From positions 521,399 to 585,398 of the forward strand of contig NW_019217911.1 in the NCBI RefSeq assembly GCF_002571385.2: a DNA stretch of 64,000 bases, in the 5' to 3' direction. Below the pieces are notes generated by a model. It worked only from the letters and a program-made list of their open reading frames with translations. It was not told the origin of the DNA and did no database searches. This document shows positions 48,188-61,566 of the stretch, in pieces; position 1 is the stretch's first letter, and each line of letters starts with the position of its first letter. The position numbers and the translations under genes were made by a program. This stretch comes from Stylophora pistillata (lineage: Eukaryota).

Positions 48188-51100
48188 ATGCTTTCATTAG
48201 TCAGCAAAATGAATATGGTTCCATTGGTGTTGCTACTTTTCCTTCACTGCTCTGATGGACAGGCTCCTCAGCCTGAACAGATTCACATTTCAGCTACAGG
48301 TAGGCAAAGTGAAATCTACTTAGCGTTTAAAATTGAGCTAGACATGGCGCTCGTGTATGTAACTTCTTGTCAGTATTGGTCTGTGAGTTATGTAAGCGAA
48401 CGTTTGTTACACTAATCAACAAACCACGAAGCTAAGGGTATTGATTGCACCAACAATATCTGCACGTTTGAGGGTAATATCCTCTGCAGTGTCTTGATGG
48501 TAGTCTTCAGCATTTTTGGTCATCATATCAATGTCCGTTTCGTATGGTATGGGGTATACGTATTACGGAAATTAACTCTTTCTCGATCTTTTAAAATAAA
48601 GAAAAATAAAAAATAAATGAAGGTATTCCATCCTCAGCTATTCCTTAAGTTGTCTGCTTGTCATCTCTTAACCTCCTTATGTAGTCGCTCACCTGTTTCC
48701 CTTTGGCTAGGATAAAAGGCCACAGGAGTTTATGAAAATGTGAACTGAATAAAGCGATGTAGTCCTGAAAATTGTCAATTGATGGGGTTTAAGCTTAGAA
48801 TTCAAAATACATCCTTTTTTTATGAAGCGTTTCGATTTACATCGCCACTACTGACGTCATTTCTTGTATTTGAACCTACAACTACATACCGTTTGTGATA
48901 TAGTTTGAAACTGAAACCCTTAAACAAGGACCCTGACTATAAAAGGACTTTTGCCCTGGGCAAGCCGTCAGTCATTTCACCCCTGACACCGAACTGTCGA
49001 CATCAACCATTCCGTGACCGTGCGATATCGGCAAAACTATTGTAACCTTTATTATCTTTCACAAAAATCCTCTTCTCATACCGGTTTTGTATTGTTGTAA
49101 TAAAGTGGTTAGTTTCTTCGACGTTTTGTCTACGGGATTTCATGTGACACTTATACAAGAACTCCTCTGCAATTAAACAAGAGATCACGTTGGATAGAAT
49201 TTTTATTTGAATCGCGCGCCATTTCTCCAACGGAATATGTGGTGTTGAAATACGAATCCCGTGGGTGCTCATATAAAATAATTTCGGTCACGGATTGGAA
49301 ACATGTCTGGTTGACTGAAATCCGATGGAAAACAAATTATCATCGGCTATATTGCCTGAACGGGCCTCAAGAACTATTGAAAACCTCGACCTTTTCATAA
49401 GTAGCTAGTGAAATAGGCTTCTCGTTGCAACGCGCGTCTAAAATGTTCAGGCAAAAAATATCCTACATAGTGCCGTGTCAAAATACTTAGAAAACTATGT
49501 TCCTTTCAAAGGGACCTATTCTCGAACTTCGCTCTATTTTTTTTTCCTTTTTTGAGGCTTTTTCTCCCCATAACTCAAAACGTGCGATAAAACGTGCCAT
49601 TGTGTAGGTCAAATACACCAAACAGTTTGTATGACTGGTTTTTTCAAGTCATGTCATGGTTGTAAATTAATGTTCCTGTCATGTGTCAGGAACACTTAGT
49701 AGTCTCTTTTGGGTTCCACTGGTTTATTACCACAGTTATAATTTACGCTCAGGCTCACAATCGTATCAGGCCTCTACTGGCAAATGCAAAAGATTTTATG
49801 ATTTTGTAACTGTCCAATTTCGAAATGTATGTTGCGAGCGCCCCCTGTAATTCGGTTGTTACTGTTATTGGGTTGAATAAATGATTGATTGATTGATAGT
49901 TAATGCAGGGTATTTTGGTATAGGTATGTGAAGGGGTGTTTCCCTACAGTCGTTAACAAGTACAGTATTCCCTAGTGTTGGATTTTCACACTGACCCAAC
50001 TCAACAGTATTTTTAATCCTTGGTCATTTTATATACAGAATATCGTTGTGGAGGATATGATGGTTGGAGTTCACTGTTTGCTTTCAATGCTTTAAAGTCT
50101 GGTGAGGACTGGAGTCCAAGGATTGCATTTTATGGAGATATGGGAACTACGAATGCTAAATCTATTAGCTATTTGCAGGAAGATGCTCAAAATGGAAAAT
50201 ATGATGCCATACTTCATGTGGGTGAGTCATAAATGACTAGAGTTATCCCTTTCACTTTCAAGATTTCCACATTTTTTCCAGGACTGCTGTAAGTCTGAAA
50301 GTTAAGGAAAATAAGAAATAGGCAGCCAAGTTATTGTGGATGCCATTTTGTTGTGTCAGATTACAAGCAGGACTGGGAATTATTAAGTTCTAATATATGT
50401 TTCTGGTGCTCCTCAAGTTTGCATTACCCTTTGTGCAAATTCTGAATGTAGAATCAATTCACTCTTTTCAACCTGTAACTGGTGAATTATGATATTATTG
50501 TGGGATTATAATTTATAAAATAGAATTGTAGGTTTTGCAATTTTTAAGTTAAACATGTAAGATTATAAATAACTATAAATTAAAATTGTGAGATTTTTCT
50601 CTAGCTCCAAGGCTACATGTATGGTCAAAGAAAAATTGAAGGAAGCCTATTGCTCTGAAATTGTTAAATCCAGGGTGCTCAGCATATCCTTTTAATTATA
50701 AAAAAAGACTAAGGTTCCATAGTTGCCCAAGAGCTAAAGTAAGGCACCAGGGGCCATTGGGTTTTGCTAGAGCACAGCCCTTGTTCTTACAGTAAATTGA
50801 GGTTAAGGTTTGAATGCTCATTTTGTCAATTGTGTTCTTCCCTAGGTGACTTTGCATATGATCTGTTTGAGGTTAGTCAGCTTCTTCAGTCTACAATGAT
50901 TCCATCCGTCATTATTACTAATCCATTAGTTTTTTGGTATAGAAAAATGTCTAATGTACTGCCCTAAATCCTTTCATTTAAAGTATAGTGCTGAAAAAAT
51001 AGGGGCTGGTTTATGCATGGTTTAGATGATTATAATTTATTATAATAATCTTTTTTTAATAAGGGTAGCAGGAAAGATCACAAGATAATCTCTGTGTGAC

Positions 51101-54100
51101 CCTTGTGAAAAACAAATAAAAAGAGAAACAAAGAAATTAAAAAATAAAATTACCACATAGATAATAAAAATGTCCTGCACATATCACTGACTGCAAAGTT
51201 ATTTTGTAGTGGATACAAAACTAACCTAGCCTAGTAGGTTGGTTTCCTAAGTTTGTTGATAAATGAGCTCATAGATGAGCAGTCCTGTATTTCATTGGGA
51301 AGACTGCTCCAAATTCAGAAAATGTAAGTGGAGATGGTTCTTCAGTAGAAAAAAGAGGTACTCTATATGGTATAACAAACACCTCACAGGTAAATTTAGT
51401 AAGTGACTGTAAAGTAAGGTAAAGTTTGACACTAGCTGTGGATTGAATGAAGCTGAGTGCATGGGTAACATTTCTCAGCTGTGGTACAAAGTAAATCAAA
51501 ACTGATCATCTGTATGAATTCAAACATCACAAAGTTCTGTTTTCAGAATTTTGACGCTCAACCAATCAGGTTGTAGGGAGCATCAGTCATCAAGTTGGAC
51601 CATGTGTGATTTTGTTCTGGCATACTGTTAGGATCTGCAGTGTTAAGTTAAGCATCCCAATTGAGGGACGTTTGTGTTCTTTCTCCAGATTCACACATAC
51701 TCCCTACTTTTTTTAATGGCTTCTTTGCCAACAGGATGAAGGACGAAATGGAGATGACTTTATGAATGAAATTCAAGAGATTGCTGCCTATGTTCCCTAT
51801 ATGACGTGTCCAGGAAATCACGAACGTTACTAGTAAGTTTTCCATTTGTGTTTCTACAGAGTGTGTTAGTCAGATCAATGGAAAGGTAAATAACTCAACC
51901 ATCTTTGATGTTTGTCTGCTAGCATTGAAAAATCAGATATATGAGTTTTATTGCAGACCTTTAAACATAGTTCTATTGTGATCTTTTCCCATAGCAACTT
52001 TTCCCACTACAAGAACAGGTTCTCAATGCCAGGAAATACCCAAGGGGTTTTTTACAGGTACGAGTTATATTTTGTGCAGCAACATTACAAGCTACCCATT
52101 CACTCCCAAAAGCAACTGGTACGTTAGTTCTTCTAACAGCACAAAAAGATTTATTTGAAGAATGGTGACAAGATAAAAGAAAAATGAAATATCAGCTAGA
52201 GTGTTTTGTTCTAAATTGACATAAATTTGTAAGAGCCAGAATAGGCCATTTTACTTAGTTGCCAAGTTGCCATTGTACTTAGTTGCCAAGCCTTTGATTT
52301 GGGGATTGAAGCTGAAGGTAACCTTGTGGTGATAGAGACCAGTGTTTATTTAGCATGATAACAAAGTGATTCACATTGAAAGGCAACAACATTTGTATCA
52401 TAACAAGGTCACCCTTAGCCTCACTCCCATTCAAAGGCTCAGCAATCAAGCATGCAAATGTAGAATGGACTGTTACAAGAAACGCAGAGATGACAGAATG
52501 GAGAAAGATATATCTGAATCGTGGAAGGGAAGGGTGTATAATTATGCAATTAGCAAAGCAAGGCCACCTAATAACTAGGACTTGATTTCGTGGCTGGAAA
52601 GTGCAGTTTATTTTTGGGTTCACTGTGTTTATTATTGATAGCATGCTGAATGTAATCTCTCAAATTTTTATTCCTTCGAAAGAGTAATATGCTATTTGAT
52701 ATAGTCCTGTATGCTAGGATCTGAGCCCAAGTCTAGCCGACTCCAGAGAGTCACTTTGTTCAAATTAGTAAAATCATTAAGCATGTTAGAATTGATATAT
52801 GTATGGCACTCAGCTACAGCTGTAACACTCCTTGAAAGACAACCAGAGAGCAAACCTTTCTACGAGTTAACTGTCTTGCTAAATTTGCATATATTTTATC
52901 TAAGCCTTAGTTGCAATTTTACCACCAACAGAGAATTAAACTTGAATGCACAAATAGATCTAGATCATTATGTTAAATTGGTTGTAAACTGAACCTGTCT
53001 CTCTTGTGTTTGACCCAAACTTATTTCTATCTGCTTTTATCACTTAGCTGGAATATCGGTCCAGCACATATCATCAGTTACTCTACAGAAGTCTACTTCT
53101 GGTTGCAGTTTGGAATTGAACAGATTGTTCAGCAGTATGATTGGTTGATCAGAGACCTGCAGGTAAAGAAATTTTGATGAACAAACCACTGGTTTGATAC
53201 AAACTTACTGTGGTTCTTAAAGGCATTGTGGTAACAGTCATTAAGTTAAACATCTAGTAGTTCATATCATAAATTGATTTAAGTAAGATGGTTTTATGCC
53301 AGGCCTTAAAGTTTAATTTGTTTTCTTCATTTAATGTTATAGGAAGCAACACTGCCTGAGAACCGCAGTAAACGTCCCTGGATCATCACCATGGCTCACA
53401 AACCAATGTACTGCAGCAATGATGATAGTGATGACTGTACTAGAACCAACAGCATAGTAAGATATCTTTGTTTCTTTTTTTCTATCTTTTTTGGGGGTCA
53501 AGCATTAAGGGGAAAAATAAAAGTCACCGCAAGCAATCTGCAGAATTACAAATGGCAGATTCTTTGAAATACAGAACATTAGCCATTCTTACATTTACAG
53601 GATAAATGAAACAAGTTTAAGGTGGGCACAAAAGGTGAATTGTACGTGAGGAGGAGGAGTGTGGAAAAATAGGGCTAGTACTCACATCATTAACAGCGTG
53701 TCCACGAGAAAACCTGGCCTCGGAGTGCATAATATACCGTGGTAGCCTCTTTGCCCCGCCACATGGCAACTGATTATATGCAGTATATGATATGACAGTA
53801 CACCGCAAGAGATTACATATTGTATTTTAAACTTTGTAGACTAGAAACACAACATGCCAGATGAATGTCAAAGTTGACCGCTGAACAAAATTTCAGGCGC
53901 GATCTGATCAAAGATAGCGGATTGTACTCTTGAGCAAGGTTTTTAGGGCATCAAATTATCTTTTTGCCACCAACACGTATCATGTAAGTCGATAGGTATC
54001 ACGCCGTAAAAGACCAATCATTTTGGTGGATCTTTCCGAGAGCTCTGTCCGCGTTTAATATTTTAACAAGGCAACGAAGCAAATCGAATCTGGTACATTG

Positions 54101-57100
54101 TTGACATAATGGCTACTTATCTACAAATGATATCGAGCCAAACGTTGCAACTGAGGCACCACAGAGACTTGTAGTACTATCAAGTTTCTTCCTAGATGTC
54201 TTTTGTCAGAAAGTTTGACTACATGCGCCCTTGATGTTCAACATCAACTGCTGCGTTTCCTCGGGAATAATCTAAATATGGCTGCAAAAAAAGTTCTCAA
54301 AAATGGCTCAACTTGCGCTATTCAAATATTCTCTCCCCATTCATGTTTAACCGATACTCTCTGGGAAATTGCTTGTAAATTTCAAGTTATTTTAAGTTAA
54401 TAAAACAAAGATGTGGTATACAGAAGTTTGACGATAGAGACTAAAAAGCGGGAGGTAGATGTAAATTTCACGTCAGCACGGGCTATGAAATAAATTGGCC
54501 AAAATTTGTATTAGTGATTTTGGAAGTTCAGTGATGGCTTTCACTGCCCGTATAGGAATAATGATCAGAAGTGGTTGCTCATCGCAGAAATTGGGCCTTA
54601 AAATAGCCTTATTTTTGGACTTTGTCAAGACCAGAAAAAGTCGTCTTTACTTAAGCGAGAGGTAAGGGAAGAAATTAAATGAAAAAGTTAAAACAATTCA
54701 ATTTTCTAGAAGTCGGATAGATATAAAATACAAAACAGTTGATTGAATTTGCAGATGGATTCTCAGTTTGTCATAGCAGAAATGCAAAGTTAGCTAATTA
54801 ATTATGCAAAAATGCAAAAAATGGGGGTTTTCCCAGGAGGACCCTATATCTCCCAGGGAATTAAATATTTTTAACCTATTAGTTTCACACATTTGTTAAC
54901 TTATGATACTTTAACATTTGTGCCAAGTTTGAGCCAAATCGGTGATTTGAGGCTTATCGCCCCTGCCCGGTTTTCTCGTGGACACGCTCTTAATCTTGTC
55001 TATGGGTGATTAGCATGAACAATTGGGTTCACACGTGTCATTTTTTTTTTTTTTTTTTGTGTTCTACCTTTTACATGTGGTGTGCCGTCCATTCCCATCT
55101 CAAGCTTGTATCTGCCTGACTAATTGAAAAAAGAAAAACCGTTCTGCCTGTTCTTGGCTACCACTGCATGTTCCTTTTGTCATGGCATGTGCCCAAAGCA
55201 AGGGAAATTGTCTGAGAATTGCATGCACTTGACTGTTATTTGTCTCTAGTATAGAAAGAAAAACTCTTGCATGAAGCCAAGAGAACCACACCTTTCTCTC
55301 TAAGAAAGATATAAAATATGAGGTGTTGTCTGATTTCATACCATACAAATTCTCAGAGGTAATATTACAGATGATCTTTAGAGATTGTGAGGAGGATGAA
55401 TTTTGCAATCTTGAGAGCGAAAGAGCCAAGGGGATTGTGTAGATTGAATGCAGCTAGTCCATGGTACTTTTTCCATCAGAAATTCTTCAGGTTTTACAGA
55501 CAATGTGACCTTAGCCATTTTGGTCTATGAATGGATATGTTGTCAGGCCGCCATGCATATGAGGATTTTGTGTCTTTTTTAATAAGAGTACAAACCTTTT
55601 GTAACTTGTGAGTGGTCTTGTTTAACTAGACTAATTCTACCAGTGCACTGGTATGAAGTAAATCATACCATCCAAGTATGGATTAAAAACTTCACCAGAA
55701 AAGACTCGATAGATATACAATGTATTTGCTTTTGTAAGTAAAATGAAAATCACCTTTGTTGTAGTTTTAGTACAGCAATTTATTTACTAAGTTTGTGCTG
55801 GGTGTGATGCTTCTCTAGATTCGCACAGGATTAACCTCGAAGCATTTGTGGCCTTTGGAAGAGTTGTTTTACAAATATGGTATGAAGATTATTATCATAC
55901 ACTTTGATTTTATACAGTATTTGATTGTACTTGTTCCATGTTTCGGGTGGTTTAGTCAGCTAAACTTCAATGTTTTCGGGATTTAGTTACATGTATGTGA
56001 ACAGTGTTACGACTTGCTGGCGGTTATAATTTGGGAAAGATTTCCACAGAGCCCCAAACTTTATTATGCATACAGTTCTTGGATAAAGAAAACAATGGAG
56101 AAAACAGGAGATTGCCTTTGGGACTGTGGATTTGTTTAAGTATATTTTGGGGTTCTGAAACGGAATCTTTCCAGAATTTGATTGATAACTTCCCACCCCC
56201 TTGGTATCCATTTTCCTTCCCAACCCCTTCCCTCCCGGGGGCTTCGTCGCTCAACACTTTAAAAGCCGCACATAACCACTGCTACTGGCTACATTTTTAT
56301 CTGGCTCAATTCCTGCTTATGTGGCACCGATCCTCATGGCTACCGTTACTTTGGACAATCATGCGAGCCCAGAAAGAAGAGTGTCGAATTCTGGATTAAA
56401 AAATAAATTGTTCAAATGGCTACGTGTTTACCTCAAGTACATTTTTCTTCTTTCAAAACGTTTCCCTCTATTGTAGTTGAAAAACCCCTGTCCTCCTAAG
56501 TATAGACTACCTCCCCTTAGATGTATGCCCCCTCCTGCTTAAAACCCCGCCCAAAATATAATGATTACAGATAACATTTAAACATCAATGGCTGACCTAC
56601 TCTTGATCAGTTACAAGTTTGCTGCTGGTATTTCAGGTGTAGATATGATGTTGGAAGCTCATGAGCACTCCTATGAACGACTGTGGCCCATTTACGACAT
56701 GCAGGTAAGACTCTTCCTGAACCTTTTGGCTTCCCCGTAAACAAACTCCGCAATAAAAACTTTTTAACACCATTTCTTTACCTGTCTCGTTCCAGATTTG
56801 CAATGGGTCTTTGGAGGAGCCATACACCAATCCCTGTGCCCCAGTTCATATCGTCACTGGGTCAGCGGTATGTGAAGTCCTGATGCTTTCTGATAAATTC
56901 ACAAACTATCGTGTTGCAAGAAGTTTGTGTGGATTTTCATTTTTGTGGAATATTAAGATTGTTGTAAAACTGTAATCGGCCGTAAAAGTAGCAAAGAAGT
57001 GCAAAGATTGTATCAATGTCACTGTGGCAACTAGAAATATACTGGTAAATTGTAGTTCAACCACAAATGCAAAAAGGCAGCCATTTATTAATGTAGCACA

Positions 57101-59151
57101 AGCACAGTGTAATGTAGCACAAGCACAGTACAACGTAGCACAAGCACAGTGCAATCCAGCACAAGCACGTGCAATGCAGCACAAGTACAGTGCAATCCAG
57201 CACAAGTACAGTGCAATGCAGCACAAGCACAGTGCAATCCAGCACAAGTCCAGTTCAATCCATCACAAGTACAGTGCAATGCAGCACAAGCACAGTGCAA
57301 TCCAGCACAAGTACAGTGCAATCCAGCACAAGTACATTGCAATGCAGCACAAGCACAGTGCAATGCAGCACAAGTACAGTGCAATGCAGCACATGCACAG
57401 TGCAATGCAGCACAAGTACAGTGCAATCCAGCACTAGTACAGTGCAATGCAGCACAAGTACAGTGCAATCCAGCACAAGTACAGTGCAATCCAGCACAAG
57501 CACAGTGCAATGCAGCACAAGTACAGTGAAATGCAGCACAAGTACAGTGCAATGCAGCACACGCACAGTGCAATCCAGCACAAGCACAGTGCAATCCAGC
57601 ACAAGTACAGTGCAATGCAGCACAAGTACAGTGCAATCCAGCGCAAGTACAGTGCAATGCAGCACAAGCACAGTGCAATGCAGCACAAGCACAGTGCAAT
57701 CCAGCGCAAGTACAGTGCAATCCAGCACAAGTACAGTGCAATCCAGCACAAGCACAGTGCAATCCAGCAGAACTGAGTACAGTGCAATCCAGCGCAAGTA
57801 CAGTGCAATGCAGCACAAGCACAGTGCAATGCAGCACAAGCACAGTGCAATCCAGCACAAGCACAGTGCAATGCAGCACAAGTACAGTGCGACGCCCTGA
57901 AGAGCTTCCGGCCGGTTCCTCTCCTGTTCTTTGTCGAGAGAGACTTAACAATTGGAAGGAGTCGGTTTTTAATGGCAACGAGACACTTCACCAGACAAGA
58001 CTTTGGGGTAGATGTAAGACTCGTCGGAATAAACGTAGCTCTTCTAGAGATACGAGATGATTGTCATAAAAAGAGACGCGATTTGCTGCACACTGGTGCA
58101 TATTTCATATAACTTTCTATCTGTAATGTATCGTTACAGTTCATGATCTCTTGAGCGCAACAGATATCTAGCTGTTACCTAAAAGCGCCCAAAGTGGCAA
58201 AGTTTTGAAAGATGCTTTTGTGTAAGTAGACTTTTTTTTTTTTTTTTTTTCCAGGGATGTTATTCTAAGCATGACCCTTTCAAGAAAGAGAAACCATACT
58301 GGACAGCTTTCCGCACTGAGAATTATGGTTTTTCGCAGATGACAATCTTTAATAAGACGCACATTGGCATACAGCAAGTTGACGTCGATCTGGTAAGTGC
58401 ATAGAAAGAAGAAACCCGCGGAGTTTCTTCTTTCGGATTTTTTCATATACCGGAGGGGAATCCCTACTACCTTAATGGTACACCAGTCTCGAATTTTCCG
58501 TCACCGGTAACACTATGGCGATGATGATGATTTTTGCTAGAGCTTAATTATCTCCTTACTTTGCGATTACCAATAGTCCTTTTTACAGTTGTGTGCTTGG
58601 TTGCCAAGCCTTTGAACAGGAGTGAGGCTAGAGATGACCTTGTTATGATACAAACCTTGCTGCCTTTCAAATGTAAATCACTTTGTTATCATGCTAACTA
58701 GATACAGGTCTCTATCACAACAAGGTCATCTTTAGCCTCACTCTGAATCAAAGGCTTGGCAACTAAGTACACAACTGTAAAATGGCCTATTATAAAGAAA
58801 TAAGTGTATCACTAGTCACGAGCGTGGGGCAAAGAAGTTTCGTGCTCTCTGGCATGGAATCGAAACAGTTCCTTTTTGAGGTTCAATGCTTTACCAGCTG
58901 AAGTAGGAAAGAGGTTTTTCCCTTTCTCCGTTTTCTACGAGGCATTTATCGACATTTTTGTCCTGGGATTATCACAGTAAATTCTGCTGTAGAGATGGGG
59001 ATGAAAGTTTTTAAATCTCAAACGTCGAACTAGCTTTGGCATTACTTTTTGTATTTACTTTGATCAGGGAGGAAAAGTTGTCGACGAAATAATGCTGATA
59101 AAGGATGTCCATGGACCAGAAGCATGGGTTAGGAAGGACGTGAAGAATTGA
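48188..59151 (+). CDS. ACP7: Purple acid phosphatase ACP7-like copy 2, 12 exons found (no equivalent of copy-1 exon 2), ~370-377 aa, open frame
   Basis: Exons 48188/48209-48299, 50039-50221, 50846-50871, 51735-51832, 51995-52057, 53048-53162, 53343-53456, 55819-55879, 56637-56704, 56796-56867, 58255-58392, 59068-59151; exons after the first have the same sizes as in copy 1. Motifs GDMG, GDFAY, GNHE, ITMAH, AHEHSYER intact. Confidence 0.9.
52241..52474. mobile_element. Long-TIR MITE, diverged copy
   Basis: Same family as 58572-58791 and 60814-61033. Confidence 0.7.
53694..54989. mobile_element. Non-autonomous TTAA-specific DNA transposon (Kolobok- or piggyBac-like)
   Basis: TTAA|CAGCGTGTCCACGAGAAAACC ... 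GGTTTTCTCGTGGACACGCTC|TTAA; no long ORF. Confidence 0.82.
57091..57890. repeat. 21-bp minisatellite AGCACAAG(T/C)ACAGTGCAAT(C/G)C, ~38 copies, intronic
   Basis: Read directly; lies between ACP7 copy 2 exons 56796-56867 and 58255-58392. Confidence 0.95.
58572..58791. mobile_element. Long-TIR MITE
   Basis: AATAGTCCTTTTTACAGTTGTGTGCTTGGTTGCCAAGCCTTTGA ... TCAAAGGCTTGGCAACTAAGTACACAACTGTAAAATGGCCTATT. Confidence 0.8.
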
Positions 59152-60813
59152 AATCTAAGGAAAACAGCGATTTTACATTAATCCCATGTCCGAATCTTGC
59201 ACCTTATGCAGGAATGATTTTTTTTTCTCATTTGTATGAATGTACTTGTGACTTTAGTTTTGAAAAGAAAAAAACGATTTTTAAGTTAGTACGAGAATCT
59301 GTAAGTAGGGGTGTTCAATAAAAAAGGATGGTTACAGTTGATTTTAAGCAGCTGGCCATAGAAGAGCCAGTTAAAGGTTGAAATTGTAATTGTTGTGGTT
59401 GAGTTTTCAGACTGGTACCTTTATGCTTAGGAAGCAAACGAGGCCTACCTTGGACATAAATTGTGATAATCATTTATTGTACTTAATGTATTGTAAATCA
59501 TGTAGCATAGTTCTGTCAGCATTTAACGTCAGTATAGTTTTTTTACTTTCGACTAAATTTTGTAACTTTGGATACTAGTGATCAACATGACTTTGACGCG
59601 ATAAAAATTACAAAAAAAAAATGAAATCGCGAATTTCTAAATTTCTTTGGATGAATTGTCTACTCACTGTCCACCACAGTCTAAATTTTTGCGTTTATCA
59701 TAGTGCATAGGCAGAAAACTGTAATTTACCTTATCGAGGCAGGGTGTAAAGCTAATAGAGTTCACTTCATTACCTTAGAGATTGTGATTTTGTGCATCAA
59801 CAAAAAAAATTAACATTTTAAGTTTATGTGTGAAATATAAAGTTGGCTTTTAAAAGGAGTTGTGAAGTCTACATTTCTTGGTGTTACGAAACATCCATGT
59901 GAATAAAACGGTTGAAATTGTACGACATGATGAACAATTTGTGAAGAACTAGACTACAAGCAGTCCCTCTTTTTCGACGAATTCCGTTGTGAAAGTCACG
60001 CACACGCACACAAAATTCAGCGAAGAAAAAAGTTTGAAAGTAGCACATGATCACTCCCAGAGTTCCACGTGGCAAACAAACATGTTTTTCCGCTCACTTT
60101 TTTTGACTGGCGCGAAGTACTTCGCTGAAGGGACTGCTCCTAGTCTAATGGTGAACATGTGCCTCACATTTTTGGGATATAGCTTTTTTGGGAAGTCAAA
60201 GATAAATTTCTCAGTTTTAAGAGCAAAACTTCTTTTCAGGATAGGAACGTTTGAGAAGCGGGCCCCTTATTTTTCCTTTTCAGTGGTTTGTTATTTATTT
60301 AAGCTTTAATATTCTGTGTAACAACAAAGAGCACCTTTTTGTTGATTACCGAAACAGCACTCATAAAACGAACGAAATACCTTACTTGTTTTTAGTTGCC
60401 ATTTTTTCTAGATAGCCAGTTTGAGCGTTCTCTAAAACAATCCCAGACGTGCCTACGCAACGACCTACGTTCTGTAGGTATTGCTGTATTCCAAAGTAAG
60501 CTGTTGGTTGGAAAGAGAAAATCCTCTCATCTTGCTTATGATTTGTATCCAAAAAAAAAACGGAACATGTACATTAACCCTCAAACTTAAAATTAAGTAT
60601 TTTTATTTGTCTTAAAAACACTTAAGCAACTTTTATAAGAATTCAAGCAGTTTTGAAGCAACTTCGAGCGTGATTTCGGGGAACTTTTAATTATGGGCTT
60701 TAAGCTTTGAAAGCCCGACTTCTCAGTTGCCTCCACCCATATCCCATAACTTCTGTGCACAAGCATTATAAGGTATTTCCTGTATTATTATCCTCTCTGT
60801 GGTGGCTTACGGC

Positions 60814-61033
60814 AATAGTCCTTTTACAGTTGTGGGCTTGGTGGCCAAGCCTTTGAACAGGAGTGAGGCTAAAGGTGACCCTGTTGTGATAGAGACCTGT
60901 ATCTACTTAGCATGATGACAAAGAAATTTGCATTTGAAAAGGAGCAACATCTCTATCATAACAAGGTCACCCTTTGCCTCACTCCTGTTCAAAGGCTTGG
61001 CCACCAAGCCCACAACTGTGAAAAAGGACTATT
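60814..61033. mobile_element. Long-TIR MITE with near-perfect ~75-bp inverted ends
   Basis: AATAGTCCTTTTACAGTTGTGGGCTTGGTGGCCAAGCCTTTGAACAGGAGTGAGGC ... GCCTCACTCCTGTTCAAAGGCTTGGCCACCAAGCCCACAACTGTGAAAAAGGACTATT. Confidence 0.85.
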
Positions 61034-61183
61034 TTAAAGGTATGAAGAGATAGAAATGTTTGAAGAACACGAAGATTTTTTTGATTCATTTAAATTAGCA
61101 CGGTGACCCGTGCTTTTACGTATCATTCAGCTAATGAAACACGCTTGTTGAAAATGTTAAGTCGAGAAAATGCAAGCTAACAA

Positions 61184-61428
61184 CTGGGCCCGGTTGTTCA
61201 AAACTGGGTTAAGATAGCCCAGGATTAGCGTGAAATTTTATTTCAGATCTGAAAGCTTTAAGAGAAAGTTCAGTTTAATTATTTTTTGTCTACAATTTGA
61301 TGATTGGATGCTCTAAAAAGAACGGGGAAAATTATTTCAGAAAAGTTCTTGAATAGAGAAATAAGGAAACCTGAGTCAAAATTTAACCCTGGGTTAGTGC
61401 TAATCGGCCTTCGAACAACTGGACCCTG
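61184..61428. mobile_element. MITE with short TIRs (Harbinger-like)
   Basis: CTGGGCCCGGTTGTTCA ... TCGAACAACTGGACCCTG. Confidence 0.6.
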
Positions 61429-61566
61429 ATGTTTATCGCTCATTCGGATCATCTCTGTATATTCGAGCTCATATAAAAGTGCATATATATATATATATAT
61501 ATATATGCAGTCAGTTATATATATATATATATTGTGGGAGGAAAAGGACAAGTAAACTACAAGTTC

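Noticed and set aside
56906-58060. Cys/His-rich ORFs resembling metallothionein or repeat proteins
   Set aside because: They are translations of a 21-bp minisatellite open in most frames, inside an ACP7 intron.
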